A DNA stretch of 64,000 bases from an uncultured virus (IMG/VR IMGVR_UViG_3300030294_000014) (IMGVR_UViG_3300030294_000014), one strand, 5' to 3'; shown: positions 50,941 to 60,134, counted from the first letter of the stretch. Program-made: numbers and translations. Notes: generated from the letters alone by a model not told the origin.

Positions 50941-51517
50941 TTTCAGGCGTTTTATTCGCCTTCAATTTAACTTCATCAATAGTTTTCTCCTTATCACCCT
51001 TCTCTTTAGTTTTTCCGTAATCCTTCTGATTCATAGCCTTTTTTAAAATATAACCATTATCAATTCCTTCGTCTTCATTGGCTTCCTCTTCAAAAATCAT
51101 CTTCTTAGTAATGCAATCATCTTTATTGGCACAATGATCACATTTACTTTTATCAAAGATAGTCCCTTTTTGAATAATAGAATGTAAAGGAGGTTTCAAA
51201 GTAGTGGTATACTTTGTTATAACTTCGGCTAAATTCAAACCTTCTTTTACCCCCTTATCAAAAGATTCTTCTGACACACTATCTGCATAAGAAAATAAGT
51301 TTTTTATTATCTCATGCACTTCTTCTTTAGAATATGTGTTCTTTTTTGAATCAGACGAATAGAACAAAGAATCTAAAACTCTTCTAACTATCTCTGAAGA
51401 ATATGAAGCGCCATGTTTTTTATAGTTATTCATACAACTCCTCAAAGATGCGATTATAACTTCTCTTTCTTTTTTCTTTAGAAAAATCTTTAAAACAATT
51501 TTTTTTACAATTCTCAT
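50930..51517 (-). CDS. Hypothetical protein with Cys cluster
   Basis: CDHCANKDDC. Confidence 0.6.
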   Translation of the reverse strand: MRIVKKIVLKIFLKKKEREVIIASLRSCMNNYKKHGASYSSEIVRRVLDSLFYSSDSKKNTYSKEEVHEIIKNLFSYADSVSEESFDKGVKEGLNLAEVITKYTTTLKPPLHSIIQKGTIFDKSKCDHCANKDDCITKKMIFEEEANEDEGIDNGYILKKAMNQKDYGKTKEKGDKEKTIDEVKLKANKTPENDN

Positions 51518-51522
51518 TTCTT

Positions 51523-51894
51523 TTATTTTTTAATTAATAAATCTACATTTTCCCAACCTAATATATAAGGTAAAGTCCATTTACCTTTGTCATCTTTTCT
51601 TATGACTTTTACAAATTTTTCTTTAAACCTTTTTACAGTATACGGCTTAGCATACTTCAATGAACCATCATATTTGTTATCAGGTATTTGTTCTGAGTAA
51701 GGAGAAACTCTTACAATTTCTCCTTTCATTAAGGGTTTTAAAAGATGTTTATTCCACGAAGTCTTTTCAGATTCTCCATTTACAACAATAAACTTTGGTA
51801 ATTTATCTTCTTTGATTATTGATTTCATATTATTACTTATTTTTGTATTGTTATAAACTTTGCTAAATAAAAAATAACGAAGAAAAGCAAACAA
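51523..51894 (-). CDS. Hypothetical protein
   Basis: ORF; the true start may be the internal MKSIIK. Confidence 0.55.
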   Translation of the reverse strand: MFAFLRYFLFSKVYNNTKISNNMKSIIKEDKLPKFIVVNGESEKTSWNKHLLKPLMKGEIVRVSPYSEQIPDNKYDGSLKYAKPYTVKRFKEKFVKVIRKDDKGKWTLPYILGWENVDLLIKK

Positions 51895-51937
51895 TATTCA
51901 CCAATCTTCGTTACTAAAATCTATCTTCTCTTATTTC

Positions 51938-52243
51938 TTACTTTTTACCAGACTTTTTAACGGTCTTCGTCTCAATGACTTTCTTGATTGTCGAAGTTGG
52001 GGTAAATTTCAACGTATGGCTTTCTTTAACATCCATAGGTTTCTTAGTAAGTGGGTTAATACCTTGACGAGCGGGGTTTACCTTTTGACGAAATTTACCC
52101 AGAGTTGGTAAATTTACATCGTCGCCGTCGGTTACACAAGCTTCTACAATAACTTCGCTAAGGGCATCAACTACTTTATTAACATCTGTCTGAGTAATAC
52201 CAGACTTTTTAGCCACTGCGGCTACCAATTCAAACTTTTTCAT
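51938..52243 (-). CDS. hup: HU/IHF family DNA-binding protein
   Basis: MKKFELVAAVA...LGKF...ARQGINPLT...LKFTP. Confidence 0.93.
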   Translation of the reverse strand: MKKFELVAAVAKKSGITQTDVNKVVDALSEVIVEACVTDGDDVNLPTLGKFRQKVNPARQGINPLTKKPMDVKESHTLKFTPTSTIKKVIETKTVKKSGKK

Positions 52244-52296
52244 TTTGTTTTTACAATTAAATTAAACATTTATAGCATTATATATAACTGAAATAC

Positions 52297-52722
52297 TTAA
52301 ACTTCAATTATTTTAAAACCTTCTTCCTCCAAACGTTTCAACATGGAACTCCATCTCTTATCTCTAATTTCTTCTTTTATAAACCAAACGCCTACATCTA
52401 CTTTAGGAAAACGAATACTTTGTTCCATCCCTTTGTTTATAACAATTCCATACTCCCAATGTGCCGTAGGTTTTTCTACAAATTTAACATCCTTTTCAAG
52501 ACTTTCTATACCATACAAAGACATAAAAATACCAACATCTTCAAAATTAATTACTGAACTAATGTACCTGATCTCTTCAGATTTTTTAGCGTCTTCCGCT
52601 AATGATTCATCTTCTTCGTCATTAAAGTCTTCAGAATTATTGTAAGTTTTTTTCATCTTCTTTCTTTCGGGATATACAGTCTTTCCCGTTTCTTCAGAGA
52701 TTTGACATAAATTTACTTTCAT
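52297..52722 (-). CDS. Hypothetical protein
   Basis: 141 aa ORF. Confidence 0.6.
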   Translation of the reverse strand: MKVNLCQISEETGKTVYPERKKMKKTYNNSEDFNDEEDESLAEDAKKSEEIRYISSVINFEDVGIFMSLYGIESLEKDVKFVEKPTAHWEYGIVINKGMEQSIRFPKVDVGVWFIKEEIRDKRWSSMLKRLEEEGFKIIEV

Positions 52723-53078
52723 AAGTCTTCTTTTATATCATTATAATTCATATAAACAATAAAAGGAGAAGCGTTGCATTCAGCGATAAACGGCTTCATA
52801 TCGGCTCTTCCTTTCAATACTAATCCAATAGCAAACTCGTTCGTAGAATATTCATGGTAAAGAGTTCTTTCTACAACAATTGATTTATATCCTTTAAAAA
52901 ATGAAGGAATCTTCCAACCTTCTTCGTCTTCTTCGTCGTTAGGTTCAAGTAAAACTATATCTTCAATTTTACATTTAAGCCGAGAAGCTACTTCGTCATA
53001 ATATCTTTTGAGACTAGGATATTCATCTAGTTTTTCTTGTATGTAAGTTTTTCCTTCTTCACTTATTATAAATTTCAT
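52719..53078 (-). CDS. Hypothetical protein
   Basis: 119 aa ORF, coupled. Confidence 0.6.
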   Translation of the reverse strand: MKFIISEEGKTYIQEKLDEYPSLKRYYDEVASRLKCKIEDIVLLEPNDEEDEEGWKIPSFFKGYKSIVVERTLYHEYSTNEFAIGLVLKGRADMKPFIAECNASPFIVYMNYNDIKEDL

Positions 53079-53653
53079 AACAACCCTTCTTTCTTTAAAT
53101 CGTTTAAAACATTTGTCTGTGCTACTCTAAACTCTGTAATAACTTTCCAAGCTTCGGTTGATATCATACGTATACCAGACTTATAAAAATCCCAGAAGAA
53201 TGTATCAATTGTTGAATTCATACCAAAAATTACATAATTGATATTTTCTCTTCGAAGTGGAATATGAACATCAATATCATAATCTGATATTCGAATTGTA
53301 ACTCCTCCGATTACGTTTCTATTCTCCGAAGGATCAAATCTAACAAATTTTAAAGAATGAGTTAAATATTCATTGTTAACTTTTTCTAAAAACGCAAAAT
53401 CTTTATTAACAAAGTCGGCAGGATAAATTTCATTTCTTCCTATCGCATTAGCGTCAGGAAGAATTTCAACTATCGCTTTTAACATATCCTGAGAAATAAG
53501 AATCTTTTTATTTTCGTTGTATAATCTTATCCACTTTTTCTCAAGTTCTCTATAATTTTTGTCTCTGAGATTAATTTGATATTCTATTTCCTCTCTCTTC
53601 GTTTGCAATTCTTGTCGAAGTATTCGACGTGCAATTTTTTTTACTATTTTCAT
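53075..53653 (-). CDS. Hypothetical protein
   Basis: 192 aa ORF. Confidence 0.6.
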   Translation of the reverse strand: MKIVKKIARRILRQELQTKREEIEYQINLRDKNYRELEKKWIRLYNENKKILISQDMLKAIVEILPDANAIGRNEIYPADFVNKDFAFLEKVNNEYLTHSLKFVRFDPSENRNVIGGVTIRISDYDIDVHIPLRRENINYVIFGMNSTIDTFFWDFYKSGIRMISTEAWKVITEFRVAQTNVLNDLKKEGLL

Positions 53654-53805
53654 TTTATTGATTTTTTTTATGTTTCCCTTTTATCGTAAAGATACAAAGA
53701 AAGTGCCCAAAGAAAAATCTTTACTCAATTTACTTTATATCTTCAAACTTAAAAACTTTGGTACATACGCACATGCATAATATCTCCCCTATAGTCCCCT
53801 CTTCT

Positions 53806-53988
53806 TCAGCCCAAAGAATTGTCTTCCAAAGAAGAAAGTTCCTCTTGATATTTTGTTAAACAATCTCGTAATATCGGAAGGGGTTGTTTAGTATAATTAT
53901 CAATCTTGCCTTCTAAAATATCTTTGATCATTTTTATATTGCTTTTTAATATCAAAAGTCTTTTGACTCTGTAACTTATCTTATCCAT
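53806..53988 (-). CDS. Small hypothetical protein
   Basis: 60 aa ORF. Confidence 0.5.
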   Translation of the reverse strand: MDKISYRVKRLLILKSNIKMIKDILEGKIDNYTKQPLPILRDCLTKYQEELSSLEDNSLG

Positions 53989-54130
53989 AATTTGATTGTT
54001 ATTAGCGTTAAAAAACTTAAGTAGGGGAATTTATCACCTGAAGTATATAAAGTTATTTACAATTTGTATTATAGCTTGTCTGAGCATTATTATATTATTT
54101 CAGATGACCGTTTAATCTTCTTTTTCTTAT

Positions 54131-54319
54131 TTAATTTCCCCAAACTAAGAAATTCAACAATCTAACTATAACGTCCCATATTTGTATAATTTGTATAGAA
54201 ATATAAACAAATAAAAAAGAGATTATACCGTATGTAATTGTTTTCCAAATTCTACGATATTTAAGTTTCAGAACTTTATTTCCAAAACGACCGTTGATTG
54301 CATATAATATTTTGTCCAT
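54131..54319 (-). CDS. Small membrane protein
   Basis: 62 aa with a TM segment. Confidence 0.55.
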   Translation of the reverse strand: MDKILYAINGRFGNKVLKLKYRRIWKTITYGIISFLFVYISIQIIQIWDVIVRLLNFLVWGN

Positions 54320-54391
54320 AACTAATAATATTTATTTGTTTAAAAACTTTGTTATGCTCCAAAATTAGTTATTTATTTATTATAAACAAAG

Positions 54392-54427
54392 AAAAGGAGA
54401 AGAAATATTTAAAAATCTTCTCCTTTT
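54392..54427 (-). terminator. Intrinsic terminator
   Basis: AAAAGGAGAAGA...TCTTCTCCTTTT. Confidence 0.75.
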
Positions 54428-54450
54428 TAACTTTAAATAAATATTTTGTA

Positions 54451-55473
54451 TCAAATTACAATATGTCTTGTACTTCCTATTGTAAAATAAAGATGGGAAC
54501 CTTCATACTCTAACAGTCCGTCAGTGGGTACGGGTTTCAACGCCGCAGCTCTTATTTGCATAGAACTCAATGGCATTGGAGTTGCTCCCGCTCCTCCGTT
54601 TAGTGTTAAAGCTCCTCCAACTCCTGCTCCTCCATAACTTATGGCTGAATAAACAAAACCTCCTGCTCCTTGTATTGGAGTAACTGAAGTAGTTAAGGCA
54701 CAAGCAAATAATATGCTTATCCCAGATGAATTAGTGATCAAACAGGGTATTCCCGTAGCTGTTAATGCTACAAGTTGTCCTATATAATAACCCGTTCCTG
54801 TAACAACTATTTGACCTGAAACCATATCACTTGTATGGGTAAATTTAACAGCTCCGTTAATTGACAATGCTAACTTTGTAATATCGTTTATATAAAATGT
54901 AACTCTATTAGCAATGACTGATCCAGCAGCAGTTGTAGTTGAATAAAAGGCTCTTGCAGTTGCGCTTGCCGTATATACATAACAAGTTCCGTCTTCTAAA
55001 TATATTTTTGAAGAACTATTTGTGTTACTATAATATATAGCATCTCCCGTAGTTGAATAAACAGAACCTCCTATAAATTGAAGGTTTTGCGCTCCCGCTC
55101 CACTAAATGTTAATGTAACTCCTGTTGAACTTGTTAATAAGATATTCGTCACAACTACAGTACCCGTAAAGTTAGATGTATGATTACCAGATATTGTTAT
55201 ACCAAATTTTATAGAAGAGGTTAAATTTACATTCGCTTTGAAGGTCAAATTTTCATTGTAAGTCCCAGGATATACAAATATAGTAGTTCCTGAAACGGCG
55301 GCGTTAATAGCCGCTTGTACCGTCAAATAAGGTTTATCTGCACTACCATTATTTGAATCATTTCCATTTTTAGCTACATACAAATAATTTTGAGGAGTTA
55401 CTACGCCATTTTGTACTTTTGTAACAGCTCCATCAATATCGGCTCCTGTATGAGAACTTGTAAAATCTGCCAT
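54451..55473 (-). CDS. Pectin-lyase-like beta-helix protein (spike/depolymerase-like)
   Basis: YVAKNGNDSNNGSADKPYLTVQAAI...IFVYPGTYNE motif; HTGADIDGAV N-terminal virion-type anchor. Confidence 0.75.
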   Translation of the reverse strand: MADFTSSHTGADIDGAVTKVQNGVVTPQNYLYVAKNGNDSNNGSADKPYLTVQAAINAAVSGTTIFVYPGTYNENLTFKANVNLTSSIKFGITISGNHTSNFTGTVVVTNILLTSSTGVTLTFSGAGAQNLQFIGGSVYSTTGDAIYYSNTNSSSKIYLEDGTCYVYTASATARAFYSTTTAAGSVIANRVTFYINDITKLALSINGAVKFTHTSDMVSGQIVVTGTGYYIGQLVALTATGIPCLITNSSGISILFACALTTSVTPIQGAGGFVYSAISYGGAGVGGALTLNGGAGATPMPLSSMQIRAAALKPVPTDGLLEYEGSHLYFTIGSTRHIVI

Positions 55474-55478
55474 ATTGT

Positions 55479-55685
55479 TTAATTTTTAATTTTTAAATTA
55501 AGCCCATCAACGGTTTTGAAAAATTCAGAAGCCGAAGTTTTGAAGTTATAATAAACAGGTTGAGTTTTTAATTTCTTTCCATCTGATGTAACAAAAGAGA
55601 GATTATCAGATGTCTTAAAATATTGTATGTATTTCTTTTTGATTCTACAAAAAGGTTTACCTAATTTTCCTAATAACCCCAACAT
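55479..55685 (-). CDS. Small protein with repeated FKTxD units
   Basis: FKTSD, FVTSDG, FKTSA and FKTVDG repeats. Confidence 0.55.
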   Translation of the reverse strand: MLGLLGKLGKPFCRIKKKYIQYFKTSDNLSFVTSDGKKLKTQPVYYNFKTSASEFFKTVDGLNLKIKN

Positions 55686-55688
55686 AAT

Positions 55689-55955
55689 CTAATACATTAT
55701 ATTAAGACTACCAGAAATAATGTAAAGTTGATCTTCTTTAGGAACAAAGAAGTATTCAGTTTCCCCGTCATTGATTATTATAACCGACGAAGGTTGACTA
55801 TTCAATCTAAATACAGTATCTCCTATAGCCTTGAACCTTACTATATTTCCACTTATTTCCTGACTAACTAATCCAGGAGCAAATGTTTGACCAAACCCTA
55901 CAGTTAACGAGGGGATAGGTCTTGAATTTGAATCAACAGGAAGTGATCTGCTCAT
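55689..55955 (-). CDS. Small beta-rich hypothetical (virion?) protein
   Basis: 88 aa; first gene after late-type motif. Confidence 0.55.
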   Translation of the reverse strand: MSRSLPVDSNSRPIPSLTVGFGQTFAPGLVSQEISGNIVRFKAIGDTVFRLNSQPSSVIIINDGETEYFFVPKEDQLYIISGSLNIMY

Positions 55956-56002
55956 TTTATTTTATTTTTAAATAATTATTTTATGTTACTATAATAACTG
56001 AA

Positions 56003-56030
56003 AAACCGACAGACTGTTGTCCATCGGTTA
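56003..56030 (-). terminator. Intrinsic terminator-like hairpin
   Basis: AACCGATGGAC...GTCTGTCGGTTTTT on minus strand. Confidence 0.65.
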
Positions 56031-56056
56031 ACAAAAATATTAACAATAAAAAGAAC

Positions 56057-56527
56057 CTATTTCTTCACCCAATATCCTTTTTCATCATCATAATATATAT
56101 GATTCTTTTCTAGTATCGAAGCTTCGTAGCTTCCCAAGTCTGTATAATTCCAATCCGTTGTAGGGTCAATGTACCCTAAATAATCGTTCAAATCTACTTT
56201 TTCAGCCTTAAGAGTTTTCTTTTTAACGCCCTTAGGAAGAGTTTTGTTCGTATCAACCTTTTCGGTAAAAACGGCAGGTTGTTTTACAACGTATTCTTTT
56301 TTGTTATTGCATCCTAATAAGGAGAATAACATTATTAAAATGATAAATGTATTTTTCATATTATTAATATTGTGTATTTTCAATCCGTTAATAACTTCAT
56401 ATCCGTATGAATTTTTTAAAATAGATTCTACTTCTTCACTACTTTTGCATTCTACGTTCATCTTCACTTGTTTGATTTGTTTCTTTCGGTTTTTACTACC
56501 AAAAAATTTAATTCTGAAATTTGCCAT
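56057..56527 (-). CDS. Hypothetical protein containing an internal lipoprotein signal (possibly two genes)
   Basis: Internal MKNTFIILIMLFSLLGC lipobox. Confidence 0.5.
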   Translation of the reverse strand: MANFRIKFFGSKNRKKQIKQVKMNVECKSSEEVESILKNSYGYEVINGLKIHNINNMKNTFIILIMLFSLLGCNNKKEYVVKQPAVFTEKVDTNKTLPKGVKKKTLKAEKVDLNDYLGYIDPTTDWNYTDLGSYEASILEKNHIYYDDEKGYWVKK

Positions 56528-56531
56528 CGTT

Positions 56532-57074
56532 TTATTCGTTTACAACTAATTTAGATAAAGTAAAAGCCCCTCTTCCGCAAATAAATAATACTCTTATACC
56601 TTCTTTGTTCCACCAAAGACTTGTTTCTACAGAAGTATTGACTTGAATGAACCCCTGTTCTATTAAATCTTTTATCTCGGCGCGAGAACGTGAAATACTT
56701 TCAGTTTTTATATTTAATTTTTTCAATACATTTTCAGCAACAACATATTGCTCTTTATCCTTTGAAACTTGATATTCGTGAGCAAAGTCAGAAGCGTCTT
56801 TACAAAATGTTGAAAAATTAAAACTTCCATTAAAAGATATGTTTTCTTTGTATTCCTCTAATGGGTCACTTATTAAAAGAAGTTTAGAAGGAAGATGACC
56901 AGGATTAACGATTTCTGTTATAACAACTTTTAATCCAATTTCTTCAAAAACATTTTTTACCAATCCCATTTCTTCAAAAACTTCCTTAGCATCGCAATCT
57001 TTTCCTCTCCAATATGGGATAGGAATAACGATTGAATGGTTACAATACTTTTTTCTTAATTCTTCTTGATTCAT
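56532..57074 (-). CDS. Hypothetical protein with C-terminal S4-like segment
   Basis: SRSRAEIKDLIEQGFIQVN resembles S4 RNA-binding motif. Confidence 0.45.
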   Translation of the reverse strand: MNQEELRKKYCNHSIVIPIPYWRGKDCDAKEVFEEMGLVKNVFEEIGLKVVITEIVNPGHLPSKLLLISDPLEEYKENISFNGSFNFSTFCKDASDFAHEYQVSKDKEQYVVAENVLKKLNIKTESISRSRAEIKDLIEQGFIQVNTSVETSLWWNKEGIRVLFICGRGAFTLSKLVVNE

Positions 57075-57523
57075 GATAATATTTTTAATTGGTTCATTTT
57101 TTGAATTACTTTGTTTTTATAACTTTGGGAAGCTCTGGGATTGTGTAGTTTTATAGCTTTATTTATATCCTTTTTAGGATTATAATGTTCTTGAATTATT
57201 TCAAACATTTCTAAACTCTTTTCAGGATTATTTCTGCAACTCATAGAATACTTATTTAAACCAATGATTCTATTAGCTTCTTTTACGTATATAGGAGTAA
57301 TTTGTAATATTCCTACGTCGTTCTTAGTTCCTATCGCTCTAGGATTGCCTTCACTTTCTACTTGTATCAAAGCTTCAATAAATAAATTCCAATTATCTTT
57401 TGGTATTATTTTATTTGTCGTCGGTATGTATATTGTTAATAATTTTACATTTAAATCGCTATAGCTTTTTTCTCCAAAAGAACAAGCAAAAATTATAAAC
57501 AATAGTAACGATATTCTTTTCAT
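57071..57523 (-). CDS. Lytic transglycosylase / lysozyme-like protein with signal peptide
   Basis: ALIQVESEGNPRAIG...GILQI...AIKLHN SLT-type motifs. Confidence 0.82.
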   Translation of the reverse strand: MKRISLLLFIIFACSFGEKSYSDLNVKLLTIYIPTTNKIIPKDNWNLFIEALIQVESEGNPRAIGTKNDVGILQITPIYVKEANRIIGLNKYSMSCRNNPEKSLEMFEIIQEHYNPKKDINKAIKLHNPRASQSYKNKVIQKMNQLKILS

Positions 57524-57525
57524 TC

Positions 57526-57687
57526 TTATTTATTTTTGTTAAACTTCTTGAAAATACTCTCTCTTCTTTCTTCGGGGTGTCTTCTGAAATATTCAGAAAT
57601 TACTTCTCTGTTATTCAATTTCTTCTTCAGTTCTCTAGCGATTCTGCTGAGTTCTGGTATAATATCAAATATTGTTCTTTTTCTCAT
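57526..57687 (-). CDS. Small basic protein, not in ORF track
   Basis: 53 aa MRKRTIFDIIPELSRIARELKK... filling the gap. Confidence 0.55.
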   Translation of the reverse strand: MRKRTIFDIIPELSRIARELKKKLNNREVISEYFRRHPEERRESIFKKFNKNK

Positions 57688-57761
57688 TTTATTTTATCTC
57701 CTTTAAGCATATCATTATTATTTTATATAGTTGTTTGGTATAAATAACTTTGTTAACAATA

Positions 57762-58140
57762 GGAAAGGGGCAACTTTCGCTTGCCCCAAATCTCGGTTTA
57801 TGCTGCGGCTCTTAGCGGCTGCGTAAACATTTTAATCGAATTTTTGCCATTTAGTAGGCTCTGTAAATACTCCGCTAATCATACTCGTGCGTTGTCAAAA
57901 CCATATATCCCCGTTTGAAGGTTTTTTAAAGAGAACCTACAAACTCTAAGGGTTGCCGATTATTCGACGCCACCACTCCTTTTTACGAAAGGAGAAACGG
58001 AAGGTACTTCGATATTTGCGGACTTAATTTATAAACTAACAATTAAACTTAGTCAGGCAATTCTTCTTTCCCTTGTGGAGATAGTGGGATTCGAACCCAC
58101 GTCCAACGCATTTTACTAAAAGCATCTTCATACTTACGTT
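57762..58140 (-). ncRNA. ssrA: Circularly permuted two-piece tmRNA
   Basis: Acceptor piece ...TGCGTTG GAC GTGGGTTCGAATCCCAC TATCTCC A ends at 58076. It lies upstream of the coding piece GGGGATA TATGGTTTTGA CAACGCA..., which starts at 57912. Tag ORF 57848-57798. Confidence 0.9.
57765..57790 (-). terminator. Terminator ending tmRNA coding piece
   Basis: GGGGCAA gcgaaag TTGCCCC TTT. Confidence 0.75.
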
Positions 58141-58142
58141 CT

Positions 58143-58724
58143 TTAATAACTTTGTAATTCTTTTCTTCGTTCATAGAATATTGAATCCCAATTTCGTATA
58201 ACATCTAACTCTTTGAGGTAATCAGTTAAATTCATACCAACGGGTATTTCATCTTTATAGCATTCTTCTGGAACATCTACGTCTTCTATGTTTTGTATCT
58301 TTTTATCCCAAACTGATTTGTTTAAACCTATCCACTCTCTAGCATCTGGTCTGGTATCATATATATCAAAATATCTTTTCTTCTCTATAGGACTAGGATA
58401 TATAAGAAGATAAGGTAAATCCAAGTACTTAAAAACTTGTCTAGCCTGTACGGACATAGCCGTTAATACTATCTTATCTCTTTCGATTATTTTCGTAACG
58501 GTTTCTATATAATTTTCTGGGAAATTATCATTCTTTATGCCATTAGCTTTATCAGAATAAAAGTGTTCTGAAAACCAACCGTCCTCGAATCCAATACAAT
58601 GCCCTTCTAAATAAGTCTTACCAATTCCAGGATAGTCGCATATGGCTTTTATTTTACCAGAAAGGAAGGCTTGTTTTATTTGTTGTCTATTTTTTATTAA
58701 TTTCCATAATAAGAATATTAGCAA
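58143..58724 (-). CDS. P-loop nucleotide kinase-like protein
   Basis: ICDYPGIGKTYL and NFPENYI motifs; true start uncertain. Confidence 0.6.
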   Translation of the reverse strand: MLIFLLWKLIKNRQQIKQAFLSGKIKAICDYPGIGKTYLEGHCIGFEDGWFSEHFYSDKANGIKNDNFPENYIETVTKIIERDKIVLTAMSVQARQVFKYLDLPYLLIYPSPIEKKRYFDIYDTRPDAREWIGLNKSVWDKKIQNIEDVDVPEECYKDEIPVGMNLTDYLKELDVIRNWDSIFYERRKELQSY

Positions 58725-58728
58725 GTTA

Positions 58729-58968
58729 TCATTCTCTGATTAACTTATTTGTAAGGAACTCCGTAGCTTCTATAATCTCTTCATCTGTCGTAAGAGAATC
58801 ACTTGAAGGCTCAAAACCTGCTTCATAAGCAGCAAATAATATATCGTCATTGTCACTGATATAAGGTCTTACTCTTACTTCGTCATCAGGATTAATTGGC
58901 TCCTTGACTTCGTCTTCATCTGAATTATATTCTAATGAGTTTGCCATAGCTAAATTTCCGTCGCACAT
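58729..58968 (-). CDS. Acidic hypothetical protein
   Basis: 79 aa ORF. Confidence 0.6.
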   Translation of the reverse strand: MCDGNLAMANSLEYNSDEDEVKEPINPDDEVRVRPYISDNDDILFAAYEAGFEPSSDSLTTDEEIIEATEFLTNKLIRE

Positions 58969-58972
58969 AATA

Positions 58973-59944
58973 TTACTTTATTAAATCGGTTGGTAATGTT
59001 TCATATCCGTATTTATGGAAAAGGGCGTTAATTACTTCCATACTACAACTTTCCTGTTTACCCTCTTCGTTTCTAAAGAAAAAAGTTTCGTCTATCTTTA
59101 CAATAGAATATCCCTTTAAGATAAACTTTTGAGCTAATTGTTGAGCTTTAGAAAGCTCCTTTGTCTTTCTAGGAACGGATAGAAACTCAGCTACTGTAAA
59201 ACCCTTAGAAGGTTTAGTTTTTACAGTTTTTTCTTTCTTAGCCTTAGGAACGGAAGGAGTTTTTGTTTCTTTTATATCCGTTCTTTGTCCTTGTTTTTTG
59301 TCGGCGGGATTAGTCCTCCAATCGAATCTTCCTGGTTTGTATTCCGTCCATATCCAAGTAGGATGTTTCACGTTTACATCTCCGACCTTTCGAGACGTCT
59401 TAACTTCTTTAATTATGGGAAGTTCTTCTTTCGGTTTGTTTGGGGCAACTTCTTTAGAGACTTTATTCTTTTGATCTTCCAATTTTTCTTTGGAAGTCTT
59501 TTCTTTTTGAACGTCGGTCGGTACAGGTTTTCCTGTTTTAACAGCTTTTTCTTTACGGACTGCCATGTCATTTACCTTTTTAACAAATTTAATATTAGAT
59601 TCTATTTCTCCGATTCTGGAATTCATTATCTTCCAAATATCTTCGTTCTCAAAATCTTCTCCTTTTATATCAAGCAAAATATTTCTTAGTTCGTCATAAT
59701 CTGCCCAACTTTCTAATATTCTATTTGCAAATTTCTTAGCTTCTTTTGCATCAGGTCTTTTTTTACTAGAAATAGCAGACATTTTAACCGACTTAAGTTC
59801 ATTAAGTCTAATTATTCGAGGGTCTTGATTTACAATATTAGAAATATCTTCTTTTAAGGGTTTTTCTTCGGTTTTTACGCCCATGGTAATACCAGCTGAA
59901 ATAATCGCCTTCCCCTTACCATATAAATTCTCTTTCTTTACCAT
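58973..59944 (-). CDS. Lys-rich hypothetical protein with Trp module
   Basis: 323 aa; shares a W-x-W...DWR module with 26389..27576. Confidence 0.65.
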   Translation of the reverse strand: MVKKENLYGKGKAIISAGITMGVKTEEKPLKEDISNIVNQDPRIIRLNELKSVKMSAISSKKRPDAKEAKKFANRILESWADYDELRNILLDIKGEDFENEDIWKIMNSRIGEIESNIKFVKKVNDMAVRKEKAVKTGKPVPTDVQKEKTSKEKLEDQKNKVSKEVAPNKPKEELPIIKEVKTSRKVGDVNVKHPTWIWTEYKPGRFDWRTNPADKKQGQRTDIKETKTPSVPKAKKEKTVKTKPSKGFTVAEFLSVPRKTKELSKAQQLAQKFILKGYSIVKIDETFFFRNEEGKQESCSMEVINALFHKYGYETLPTDLIK

Positions 59945-59992
59945 AATATTATATTTTTTACTTGTTGTTATAACTCTGTTAAAAACTTATTG

Positions 59993-60127
59993 TTAATTTT
60001 TCTCCTTAGCAAATTCTCTTATCCATAGAGGCATATTTTCTATTTCTTTTTTACTTGCGAAGGCAATCCAGATTACTATATAAATAATCTTTGGTACAAA
60101 TAGTATGATATTTTTTAATTGTTTCAT
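59993..60127 (-). CDS. Small membrane peptide, not in ORF track
   Basis: 44 aa MKQLKNIILFVPKIIYIVIWIAF... Confidence 0.5.
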   Translation of the reverse strand: MKQLKNIILFVPKIIYIVIWIAFASKKEIENMPLWIREFAKEKN

Positions 60128-60134
60128 GATTACA

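Noticed and set aside
53780..53802. CCCCTATAGTCCCCT purine/pyrimidine-skewed patch as possible origin
   Set aside because: Single short occurrence with no iterons or supporting context.
58076..58110. Ordinary tRNA gene or attP tRNA fragment
   Set aside because: No D or anticodon arm lies upstream. The matching acceptor strand lies downstream with a tag ORF, which fits a permuted tmRNA. No integrase was seen.
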